This document shows, one piece after another, positions 1 to 11,745 of a stretch of DNA of 64,000 nucleotides. The position numbers and the translations under genes were made by a program. The notes under the pieces were generated by a model. The model ran no database searches, was not told the DNA's origin, and saw nothing but the letters and a program-made list of their open reading frames with translations. Position 1 is the stretch's first letter, and the number at the start of each line of letters is the position of its first letter. This DNA comes from Takakia lepidozioides. Lineage: Eukaryota; Plantae; Bryophyta. The stretch is from assembly GCA_030704615.1 (NCBI GenBank), contig CM060734.1, positions 10,602,001 to 10,666,000 of the forward strand. Reading direction: 5' to 3'.

Positions 1-360
1 TTGCTCCAACCTTTTATTTACTATCCCTTCAGTGTTAGACATTGTTTGATTAACTTACACTTCTCCTCTCAATTATATGATACTGCTCCACTTCTTGGTT
101 CTATTCCTAATATACACTTTCCATTAAGTGTTCCTTGTTCTAACCCCCACTTCCTTCTTACAGACTCTCTCCCAAGCGAAGACCATTCAGCATTCTCATG
201 CTCTTTTTCACAAGCTACTCGGATATATTGGCTCTCTTTCATTCAAACAATCTTACACATATGCTACTCTCCCCAATTGATTTTACATAGTGATTTTCAA
301 TCTCTGTTTTAATCCAATGACTTTCACAAAATTCATCTATGCTATTTCTCGAACATTTGC

Positions 361-562
361 CACTCAGTACATTACCAGTCTCTTTTACAAGATACTCGGA
401 ACTACTGGCTACCTCGGGAAAATGCTACCTCACTTTTTTTGCTACCCACATCATTTACTATCACTCTAGGATTTATTCATTTAGTATCACTCAGTACACT
501 ACCACTTTTTTTACAAGATATTCGAAACTACTGGTTACCGTGGGGAAATGCTACCTCACTTT
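361..562. repeat. Two diverged direct copies of a ~75-bp motif (cactcagtaca...tttacaagata..gaaactactgg.tacc..gggaaatgctacctcacttt)
   Basis: Copies at ~361-437 and ~488-562 align by eye; probably decayed TE sequence. Confidence 0.6.
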
Positions 563-759
563 ACTTGAGATGTCCCAAACCGTGGGGCCCCAGCCCTGGT
601 GCTTGGTACCGTTGGAAAGCCCTCGATGAGGAGGGGTGCACCGGCTTGGTCTGATGATTTTTGGACCGGTGGTGTGGGAGATATGGAATTTCAAGTACTT
701 TTGGTCGTTGGAAATTTGTGAAAAATAGCAAAAGGGGCTTTCCTGCAACAATGATTGGA

Positions 760-1320
760 GCCTCGACATTAGATATATCAATAATGATTGGATATATTAC
801 CTCTCAATAAATTCATGGAAAACATTTGGGTCTTGACATGGGAGACGTACTTGGATACATAGGATACAATGGGCTTAGATGGGCCTCGACATAGGAGACG
901 CACATGAGAGACGCCCTTGGATACATAGGAGACGCACTTGGATACATAGGAGATTGCACTTGGGCTTAGATGACACTGGGCACTTGGGCCTCTACATGGG
1001 AGATGCACTTGGATACATACAAGATTGCATTTGGGCTTAGATAGGCCTCGACATAGGAGACGAACTGGGATACATAGGAAATTCCACTTGGTCTTATCTA
1101 TTTCAATTGATCTTCATACATGGACCAAACGACACAGGCTACCCTAGAGGTCGCATTTGGGCCTCGACATAGGAGACGCACTTGGATACATATGGGATTG
1201 CACTTGGACTTAGATGACACTGGAAACTTGGGCCAACGGCACAGCCTACCCTAGAGGTCGCATGTGGGCCTCGACATATGATACGCACTTGGCTTTCCTA
1301 GGACAATGATTGGATATATC
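760..1320. repeat. Degenerate tandem minisatellite (gggcctcgacataggagacgcacttggatacatag / gattgcacttgggcttagatg units)
   Basis: Many recurrences of cctcgacat, ttggatacata and gggcttagat. Confidence 0.8.
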
Positions 1321-1616
1321 AATACATGAAGCTCGATGGGGGATTGCAAAATAACAAACTGGGATTTGCTGGAACAATGAGTGGCCCTTCATGTGGGATA
1401 TTTGGAACTCCTACACGATAATATATTATATAATAAGGGGGGACAACCAGATGCAGCAGCCCTGGTAATGGGCACGTACCACGTTTGGATGGGGTTGTGT
1501 TGGTTCAACCCCAGGTCTCGGTCGATCGTCAGGAATGTGTCCATCTTTCTAGCTGGAATGGCGTAGCCCTTGTGGTGAAGAGACAATAAATCTTCACGCT
1601 CCCTTCGGGAGACGTC

Positions 1617-1642
1617 TATATATATATATATATATATATATA
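1617..1642. repeat. (TA)n microsatellite
   Basis: Direct reading. Confidence 0.95.
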
Positions 1643-1989
1643 ACAGGAGACAGAGGCCCTGAGAACTTTATTTGGAATTATTGTGGGGAAAAAAATAAAA
1701 CCCCTGATTACACCATGGAGGCACACACACCGATGACAGTGAAAGCAGAACGTGTCCTATAAGGCTCATAAGGCCCAACGACGCCCGAAGCCGAACTTAA
1801 GCAATGTGAAGCTACGAGAAGAGCAAAAATGAGGAGCAAGAGGGGCCTATACTCCCGAGGGAATTAGAGAAAGCGCATGGAGACTTAGGAGTAGAGAGAG
1901 CAAGGAGAAGTAACTATTGAGAGAGCATAAAACAGTAAACCCTAAGTGAGTAGTGCAGCAAACTGTCTAGCGAAAGTGGAGCTTGGACG

Positions 1990-2860
1990 ACATTATTGTG
2001 TTCTTGATATGCTTGATGTGTCTCTCAGTCACACCAAACAACATATCCAAAAATGAACACACTCCACAGTACTCCATCATAAACTGTCCAACCACTTCTG
2101 GCACACTAAAGCCGCTTCCGACGCACAAATCAAACAAACACTTAAGTTTTCGCCCAGTATATGGGGCACCAGCGTAATACCTTCTGGCCAACCATTTTTA
2201 CATCCCCACACTGCCCCATCTGCTCCCATATACATGCAGTACCTAACACTTGGCCACATATCCTCAGTAAATGCCCCCACCCAGTCTTGCATGGCCTTCG
2301 TATCGCCAGGCACAATCAAGCTGTATGGCACATCCACAAACTATTACAACGACATAAAGAAACCAGATGGTTCAATGTTGGCACTTACCAAGGTAGACCC
2401 CCAGACCATATAATACCATCCTAGCTATTACCCTGTATTTGCCAACCCCATGCTACATGCACATGTCCCGCTAGGCTCTGCCCGGACATCCTCTTAGTTC
2501 AGGGACTTCCCACCAACGCCCTTCCACCCTCTACTCCTACCCCACCACTAATCATACACTTCATTGAATTTACGTACTGCCACGACCACTTCCCGCACAC
2601 CTCCATCCTCGAAAAGCACCAGAAATACACTCCGCTTATCCTTGCTATTGCGCCGACAAGGGTGGGCCACGGGCCCACTCTCCGTCGTCTCCGCAGGCAC
2701 CAGAGGGGGCATACACAACGACAATATCTCAATACTTCAAGATAATTTTAAAATCTCCACCACCTCCATCCATACATGCTTTAAAGAGATCCACCTTCCG
2801 GCACTTCGCTCTTTCACAGCCATCATAACCAATAAGCGAAAACTCAAATCCACCCCATGT
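1990..2860 (+). mobile_element. 3' fragment of a non-LTR retrotransposon with restriction-like endonuclease (R2-group/Dualen-like), pseudogenised
   Basis: Joining frames gives a CCHC knuckle (CPIC..WPHILSKC), RHN, PDILLV, IEFTYC, EKHQKY and AGTRGGIH, the motif order of LINE RLE domains; contains stops and frameshifts. Confidence 0.75.
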
Positions 2861-3263
2861 CTGGTACCCCAGGGTACCCTCGGGTACTCTAGGTACCCAG
2901 AGGTACCTCATACCCCCGATTACTTGGTGTCCCCTGGACACCTGTCATATTAGGGCCCACCCTCAAAAGGGGGCAAGAGCCGCAAGGCGAAGTGGCTCTT
3001 AGTTACGCCGGCCTCGGCCAGAGTCTTCTCTCTCTCTGCTTGATGTGTTTTCAATTGACCTCTCTGTCAAACTCGGGGGATGCGGTGGAGAGAGGCGCCG
3101 AGGTTTCTCCAGCCTTGAGGGGGGAGAGGGCTCCAGTCACACCGGTCTTGCGCAGGCGTATAATAGATGACCCCATGATAGTCCCATAAGACTTTAAAGG
3201 AGGCATAGATTGCCTCAGCTTGACGTGGAGCTTTTTGGATATCTGCACAGCATTTCAACCAAG

Positions 3264-4130
3264 TTTTTTTTTATTATGTGAGTAGGTCCTGATATATAAG
3301 AGATAGCAAGCAAGAGATTGAGCAGGTTTCTCCCGAGAAAGTCTTGTGGCAGCGAGCCCTCCATAGGTGCCATAAGGTGGAGCTTTGGAGGGTTTCAAAA
3401 ATAGGACATGAGAAGGCTTTCTGCTTAGAGGTACGGTTATAGTTGAGTTATCCAGTGGGAGGATGTCTTGATGGCTCTAGTGACTTTGACCAAAGGCCAG
3501 ATTTTTGCAGGTGCATAACAAGAAAGCAAGCAGTGTTCCAAGGACTCCATTATTCCTGGTGAACAACAAGTACACAGAACAGCTTCCTGGAACTGTAACC
3601 ATTCCCCCACTTTAAGGGCCTTGTTTGCGATTTGCCAAAAGAATGCAGAGATCTTCGCTGGTCTAGTCTTCAGCCAGACAGAGGCCCAAATAGCCTTCCA
3701 GTTTTCATTATTGAAGCCGTAAGAGTCCCATTTGCTATTCCATTTCTCTTCCATAGTTTGGTTCTATGTAAGCCTTCTTAGCAGTGTATGCAATAAATGG
3801 AGTGGGCGAACCTCGGAATGGCTGATGGGGACTGTCTCATTAATTCAAGACGGCTGAAGTGGGGGGAAATAGGATATTAAGGCTTGGTGGCGGCAGTCTG
3901 AATGATGTAATGAATGGAAATCGCTGGAAACTGAGAGGAATGAAGGGAAAAGAGTTTCCCTGGAATGCCCGGAAAAAACTCAATAGGCACCAGTGGTTTT
4001 CAGTAGATAGAAGAAACCCTACATGAATGAAGGGAAAGCCTCAAGTATCGAAACACCATGCCTGTCTGAGCAACCATCTGGTGAGAGAGACGAAGCGACC
4101 GTTGGGAGCTCTCCTCACCGCAAAAGACGG
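3264..4130 (-). mobile_element. L1-like LINE 3' fragment (zf-RVT region) with poly(A) tail
   Basis: ORF 3437-3754 WASVW..PAKISAFFWQI..KAL..CTCC..ESLEHCLLSC matches zf-RVT; A9 tail at 3264-3272 on the minus strand; upstream limit approximate. Confidence 0.75.
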
Positions 4131-4629
4131 AGCTCAATCCTAAAAGAAAAGATCAATTAGTCTAGAGTTCGTTCGCTGGGGAAAGCACTATACGACTAAT
4201 ACATAATGATGCCAGACTACTATTCTATCTCTCTCTATCCCTTCGTTGAAACAACTTCTACCAACAGTCATCTTCATCTAACACGATCATCATTCTTCCA
4301 GATTCATAAATATTCTCTCCATCTTCTATTAACTCTGCTCCATCGGCTGAAACCAAATACCATTGCTCCACTATGTTTTTCCTCCAATAATCTCTCGGGG
4401 AATGCCTCGGCGTGAGCCTGGTCACGTGAGCGCGTGAGCACAACTACGCTCACGCCACGTCACCTTACGCCAATGCCACATCACGGGGATCACTCCACGT
4501 CATCACACTTGAAGACCGCGTCACCACGCGCCCAGGAAGAAGTGGAGTGTATTCCCGCGGATTGGCACCCTTTACCGCGGAAACAAGCTGGACGACATAA
4601 TAAAAGGCAGTGGTCATTCCCACCTGAAA

Positions 4630-4990
4630 GCAACAGATGAATAAATGATGGATGAATGTACAGTTGGATGATAAACAAATGGATGAGTGTGAAAAATGAA
4701 TGTAGATGGATGAATGAGGATGGAAGAGTCAAATGGATGAATGTATAATGGATGTTGAGCAATGAAAAACATTCATGACAGGAAGATGCATGACTAAAAC
4801 TTTAGACGAATGCACAACGTATATGACATGAGTGTGGAAGGTTTGTGGGGTGGATTAAAGAGTACAGAGGATGAATGTACAATGGATGTTGAACAAAGGA
4901 AAACATTCATGAATGGAGCACGCATGAATACACTGTAGATGAAAGCACAATGGATATGACAAGAGTGAGGGAGGTTTGTGAGATGGATTC
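4630..4990. repeat. GATGA(A)T-rich subterminal repeats of MULE-1, including a duplicated ~130-bp unit
   Basis: Repeated ggatgaatg; 4735-4855 resembles 4868-4990. Confidence 0.7.
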
Positions 4991-5118
4991 ATACATATTG
5001 CAATTTAAATGGTAGTTGATTCTTTGATTATTTTTTCTTTCCAAAGGAAAACTACGGTGGAGGAAGGGGATTCTACGTTTTCCAAAGAGGATGAAACAGA
5101 ATATTAAAAGAACATAGT

Positions 5119-8100
5119 TCAGTCTGACTCAGAGTCAGTACAATGTATCCCCGCTTCCTCTGCATCTAAGTCTAAGTATTTAAGAATTCCGGATCTACGC
5201 TGGCTACACCTACGGCCGAGAAGTAAAAATTCAGGGGATAGGACTCGGCCGCATGAAGTGCCATTGCTTTCGGCATAATCAGGAAGCAGAAAATTGGAAA
5301 GGGGGCTGTCAAAACAGACTCGCCACAAATATACTGTATCTCCTGAAGATCCACCGCTGCCTTTCCTGAAAGACAGCCTGAAAAAGTTATTACTGTAACT
5401 TTGATGTTATTGAGAAATTGAGTATGACTCCCAAAGTGGGTTTAGCACTTACTCACATGAAAGTCGTTGTCGACTTGCTTATCTTCGGGATCGTCATCAT
5501 TTCAAATTTGAATCCGATCAGTCTGTGTGCCTGAAGTGGAGCCAGACAAAAGGGGGAGGAGCACTGTGTTGTAGAGGTCAGAATCACCCTCCATGCCAAA
5601 AAGGCTTTTCCGCCTGCCTGCATGCATGGTAAGTTGCTCCTGCACCAGACAGGAGGACATGAACAGTTCGGTGGGGGGATTTAAGCAGATGGAACTGGTG
5701 AAAGAAAATCAATTCAAAAGGGAGAGAACGAACATGTGGACACAGAAAGATCGACCACCCGTGCAGAGTGGTGGCTGCATGACTCCAGCAGTATTTGCAT
5801 GAACGCTGGGGATTTTCCTTTGCACCTCTCCAAGGAGTGCCATCTGGTCTCTTCAGAGTCTGACTGGACTGCATGAAGTTGTACAAAATGTCATCGACAT
5901 GCGGCTCATAGGGGGGGTTGACGAAACAACCCTGGTCAGAAAATCTCAAAGCTGCGGATGGAGGATGGTGTCTTTGAGGTGCGAATCCTCCGCAGGCAGA
6001 TAGCCTCGAACATCCTCGTCTGCCAAAGATAGCAGGTTAGTGTGTAAACACAATCTATAGCGGAAGTGTGTACATCGGCTATTCAGAACTCAGGCACAAA
6101 AACAATCATTTTTATCACGAATCGGTGATGATCGGTGTCGATCATGACAGATTCTTCTAGAGTGGAGCTGCAGAGAACATTGAAAATCATCATGAAAGCA
6201 CAAGCAAAAGGGAGACGGCATACCAGCTGACCAAGGAAACCCCCTTTCACAAAGTAGAGGCTGTTCACACAATTCCATGTGCGCAAAACTTCAAACCCTG
6301 AAGACTTCAGGTATGATGTCAATGCCCGACGACTATCTTTGTCACATGACTGAAAAAGCAGAAGTGTCCCTGCATCAGAGAGGAAATTATTACAGAACCC
6401 GAACACCCAACTCCAGTAGTTGTCCTCGAATTTGTTCCAGCCTGGCGTTTTGCCCTTTGGAAGAACTTCTGGCATAGCCTGGCCATCTGGGATGTCGAGA
6501 ATGACAATGTCAGCCGCATATGTTTTCTGCACACCGCGCACGAAGGTGGGACCTGTGCTCACCTGCAACAGACATGTTTTTCTTAAGAACGATGGAAAGA
6601 ATGTTTTCAAAGAACCAGACTGAAATACTACCAATGAAACTTTCAGAGAAAAAGGAAAGAAACTGGAATTCTCACCGAGTTGAGGAATGAGATTATGTTG
6701 TCCCAGGTAGGCGAAGGCACCCCAGTGTATCCTCTTTTTCGACTCTGCATCATCAACAGCCAACCCTCATTGACAATTTTAATCTCTCCTGCCGAATCAG
6801 AACGGGAAGGGTGTGGCTTGGCATCGAATACGCACTGAACTGTGCGGGTATATCTTCCAGCAGTGAAGTCCTGCCCACTCTCCATCTCCTTTTCGTTCTC
6901 CTTCCCCTTGTCCTTTTCCTTCTCTTTGGACTTGTCTTTGTCCTTTTGGCTTTGCTGGTGAGATGGCTATGACATCAAGAGCCTTGTCTTTTGGTTTGCG
7001 GCCCGCTTCTTTCCCTTTGCGGCGTTCCCTGAGCATCAGGCTCCTTGGCAGCCAATGTTGCTATGTTTCTTTGGTACTCTTCGTCAGTCAGAGGCGCCAG
7101 CATCTCAGCATTATTGTTCAAATATTTCATATGCTGTTCTTGAAAGGTCGTGTGCTCCGGTGGGCAGTCAAGGTACCAGCCACAGTCTCTGAAGTGAGAA
7201 GGACTCTAATCCTTTAATATCCCTGCAGTATACATGGTTGGATCGTTTGCAGGGTCCGACCACATGTCAAGATAGTCTGGAATACCGCTCAGGTGATTTC
7301 CTTCCATAGCACATATTTCGTGTACCTTTTAAACATGAGATAAATCCCAACCCACCAAAGCGCGAAGTGAGAAAGATGCAAGGCACAGAATGAAAAAAAC
7401 ATGGAATGAAAATGGCTCTGAGAACTGCTCCAAGGACCTTTCAGGACCACGCGACAGCTCCGGATGTGAATGTCGTAACGCCATTCAAAACATTCCATTC
7501 AATGATACTGTGAATACACCCTAATCCACGTGAATGCAAACTCTCGCTTTGGAATGACACAGACATAGAAGTGAATGTCGTCAACGACATTCACTTTGGA
7601 TTTGTGAATACACTGCTAATCAAGCCTATTGATTTCTCAAAAGAGGCAAAATCATTGGATGGAAATCAAAAACTCGAGTAATGAACCCTCCCCAAAAACT
7701 CAATGGACATTCATAACGAACATATAACTGAGGACCTCATAATAACACTGGATGTGAATGGCGTCAACGCCTTTCACAAAATTACGAACAAGGAACCAAT
7801 TAATACACCTTAGCTCCCAATCCATGTAAATTCAAATTGTCGCTGGTGAATGACACGACATAGAAGTGAATGTCGTCAACGACATTCACTTTGGATCTCT
7901 GATAACACAGCTAATCAAGCCTCAAGATTTCTTGCAAGAGGCAAAAGCAATGCAGAACAACTGAATGTCTGCATTGACATTCAGCAAACTGAAGTGAGGA
8001 ACCCTCCTGTAAACTCTATGGACATTACAAAAACTTACATAACTCTGAGGACCTCTCAACAACTCTGGATGTGAATGTCGTCAACGCCATTCAGGGACAT

Positions 8101-11100
8101 TATTAATTCTAATCAGGGACACTCTAATTACACCCTAAGCTTCTAATCCAGGTGAATTCAAATTCTCGCTTAAGAATGACTCAGACAAAAGTGAATGTCG
8201 TCAATGACATTCAATTTGGATCTATGATTACAATCCTTATTAAGCCAATTATTCCCAAAAGTGCAGTAGAGTTTTTAGTATGATATTGCACCTATACACA
8301 ACTCGCATCATGGCCCACTCTCCTCCAACCTGACTGTCAAAGTCGTTGGACCGTAAAATGTTACCATCTTTGGAGAACTCCCGGAAAAAACAGTATCTCC
8401 AGGTGAGACCTCTCCACTTCTTATGTATGCCTCCAATGACATTTGGGGAGGGGAAACAATCAAAATGTTCAAGTCCTTCAATTCTGATCCAGCCACAATG
8501 ACGACGCGCTTTTCGAGCTGCAAATTGTAATTTGTCAGTATTGCAAGTAAAATACTCATCACATAATTGAAGAAAGAAAACAGGCTTATTTGAATACACA
8601 CCTGACTCCAAAATGTAGCCTTGTGGAGCCAGTTATCAAACACCAAATCACTGATTCCTTCCACCTTTGTGCCAGGCTGTATGGTGCTCTTTGGGAACTG
8701 ATTCAAGTCCTTTACTGTCTGATCTGAGTTCCATATCTCCAACCACCTTATTTTTGTTTGTGGGTTGACCATGGATATGGCCAGCCGGTGCAATTTCTCC
8801 TGCTGCATCTATCCGGATGCACATGCTTGTCATAGTGAGATTTGATCTGCTGAAGGAACTCAGAACCAAGTCCAGGATCTACTATTCTAAGCTTCTTTCC
8901 GAAGGCGGACATCAATTTGGTTCTTCGCATTTCAAACTCCTTTTTTATTGCTGCTTCCACACCCTTTGATGTCCTCAGTTCCTCTGGTGTAGTGCGGTAA
9001 TATTCGGATTTTCCCTTCTCAGCTGCCTCTGCCAGTTCTTGCTGCATTGATTCAAATAGGACTACAAACATGTATTCGAAAAGTAAACTGAGTACAGACT
9101 CGGGCTTACCGCATACATGTACTCCAGAAACGCCTCTCGAGTCAAAGAATACCAAGTGCCTGCAGCTCTTCCTGTTTCGCACTTCTTGATTATATTGGGG
9201 GGGAGTACTGTCCGAAAATCATCCAGCTTCATCAGACCAATCCTCTGAATTCGGAATAGTGTGTGGACCAAGCTTGTTGTCACATGCGATTTCTCTGTCG
9301 ATTTGCAAAAACATTGGAAACATTGCATTCCTTAACACTGTTTTTTTGGGATTAACAAGACACTACAGAGGGAATGAAATCTCTAGGATGACTTACTTGT
9401 TCACGTCATGCATAGCTGTAAGAAGCCTAGCGATGTCGTTTCCTGGATCCAAAACCATTGCCTCCACAGCAACATGCTTGTCTTTGTCTTTCGCATGGTG
9501 TTTCTGGATGTATCCCATCCATGCCAGCAATCGGTGGTTGCCGTCCCAGACGTAGAACATGTGGTTGCAGAATTGCTGGGTGTTCTTTCCCATCATGAGG
9601 CCCAGCTCGAACTCCTCATTGGCATCTTTCCAGCTTTCATCCCAGGTATCACTGATCTTTGGAGACACTAATGTGTTTTTCCCATTTATATCCGTCAGTG
9701 ACACATAAAAAACTTGTGCACCAAGTCTGTATCCATGCACGAAATCACTCTCCAATTTTGTTATGTCATGGGAAAGAGGTGGACGCACAACAGGCATAGA
9801 TATCATCTAGCACAGAGGGATGTCTAGACGCCCTCCAGATACGAGCATGTCCCTTATAACCTCCTGAGAGTTTACCTTCTGGAATGACATGAGTTCTTTC
9901 ACCTTGTCAAGGTAGTGCACTTCAGATTCATCTGCTTCATTGTTATTCTCTGAGCTTTTTCCAGACTCGTCCCCATCTCCAGATCCTTTCCCCTCTGATC
10001 CTGTAGGCTTGGACCTCAAAGTATTCTGCACGATGCCATTCAAATCTGACTGAGTAATGTGCAAATAGTGAACGGCGGTAACGACCATCACTCTGTCTCA
10101 ACAAAACTCACAATGAATGGTGTGAAACAAATTCAGAACCATCTACACAAGCAAAGCTTATCCTGCCAAATTCAAAACAAAAGCGAGAGCGAGAGCGAAC
10201 TGCGTTAACGACAATCACAAAAGACAAGGACCTGCCGGATCGGTGTTGTGTAATGACATATATGTGTAAGTGATTGGCGGCAACGACATTCAGTATAGTT
10301 TAGGGCGGACAGTAAGTGCAGATTATTCAGATTGACTCCATTGTGATTACCGTCGCAAGCATTCACGGTTTCTTGTCTATGTCGAGAGTACTTTCCAATC
10401 GATACTTTACCTGAATCTACAGTATGGTCTTCAAATCTTTGATTGGCGGTACCGCCTTTCCACTTCTCTATCTGTTCAACCTCATACAAAGAAAATGCAT
10501 TGCAATACATTATGACTGAATATGCCGACCCTCACTCTCTCTTCAAACACATAGGTACATAAATCTCATGAGGAGAATCGAATGGCATTAACGACGCTCG
10601 CAATTCAGTAGACTTCAATCACATGTTCTTGCTAAAGAAGGGAAGAGGAAGGACTGCTTGAAAGACAATCAGACAGACTGTATGATCTGAACAACAGTGA
10701 ATGACGGTACCGTCAGTCACCCACTCATTATGCTGTAAACCCTTAACAGAGGAGTAGAAAGCAAATCACCGTTGTTTCATGGTGATGGTCGGTAGCGACA
10801 ATCCCTTTCTGGGACATTCCACTCAATCTCTACGCAGATCTTCAACAATGAAATGTAAGTTAGAGAAAACTTACTGGCGCCTTCTTAGGTTTTGAAATTG
10901 GATCCCCTTCTGCAGCTTTCCTCTTCCCTCTCACATCTGCTGGAATTTCTGTCTACTCTAGGGTTTCTGGACCTTTTCCCGGTTCAGCGTTCCTCGTACT
11001 TCCACCTCCTTCAGTTTCCTTGCGAGTCATCTTTGCATCCACAGGCTGGTTTCCAACGCGCACTGTTATTGCCGACTGTGTCACAGCCGCTGCCTCAGTC

Positions 11101-11180
11101 TTGGTCTACTCTTATGAATCAATCTCCGCGTTCACCTGCTGCCTTGGCCCTGTGTTCTCCAACAAACGACGCCTCGTCAT
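5119..11180 (-). pseudogene. Spliced MULE accessory gene: ParB/Srx-like domain plus beta-class N6-adenine/N4-cytosine DNA methyltransferase-like domain (disabled)
   Basis: ORF 9393-9806 has VRP..DITKL...FYVWDGNHRLLAW. ORF 6083-6763 has ADIVILDIPDG..PGWN..FLSDAGTLLLF. Correcting frameshifts across 5840-5560 gives RGAKE(K)SPAFMQILLESCS..ARVVDLSVST-G-ATYHACRQA..LFGMEGDSDLY, like the QKP..LI..S..GD.VLDPF.GSGTT..A..GR.FIG.E.D pattern. Exon limits approximate. Confidence 0.7.
7460..8225. repeat. Intronic array of ~3 tandem ~300-bp units, each with two palindromes TGAATGTCGT-CA-ACGACATTCA
   Basis: Sites at 7467-7487, 7569-7596 (perfect 13-bp arms), 7754-7777, 7864-7891 (perfect 13-bp arms), 8072-8093, 8192-8213. 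Confidence 0.92.
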
Positions 11181-11745
11181 TTGCTCTCTTGCTCTGCGTC
11201 TCTCTCTAAGGGAAGTAAAATAAAGAGACTTTCTTCTCTTTCGTATTGTAGAAGGAACCCTCTCCAGCTTGACTACCACTCTCCCTCTAAGCGCGAAAAG
11301 TAGAAAAACGAAGTGACTCCCGATTTCTTGCGGGATTGCGTGCGTTGTTGCTTGTCTCTAGAAGCATCGGATTCCCTCTCGCGTGACCATTACACATAGT
11401 CGTTCCCTTATTAGTGCACATGCCAGCAATTAGAGTACAGCTGTTCGTATTCAGTTATCGATGTCTGACGTGTGTCGCCCAAAATAAACGGCGTGTTCTT
11501 TATTAGAACGGTTTCAATATTTAAAAATAACAGCGAATCCCAGAAATCTTGGCGCACAGTCTTAGACAAATATATGTAAATGAACGAGAGTTTGATGACA
11601 AATTTTGGGATATTATACACGGTCATCCTTGTTAGCCAACCCCATGTTCGTTTCTCATTTTGAACTTTCCAGGTGCGCATGATCATTGGTAGTAGTATAA
11701 AGATACATTTACTTAGTCTGCAATCCCACCCTCAGATCCTGTGGC

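Noticed and set aside
7460-8225. CRISPR array (palindromic ~28-bp repeats)
   Set aside because: Spacers are 80-180 bp and homologous to each other, no cas genes are present, and the context is a eukaryotic intron
5119-11180. Bacterial or phage contamination (ParB-MTase)
   Set aside because: The gene has spliceosomal-type introns and lies inside a TSD-bounded eukaryotic transposon
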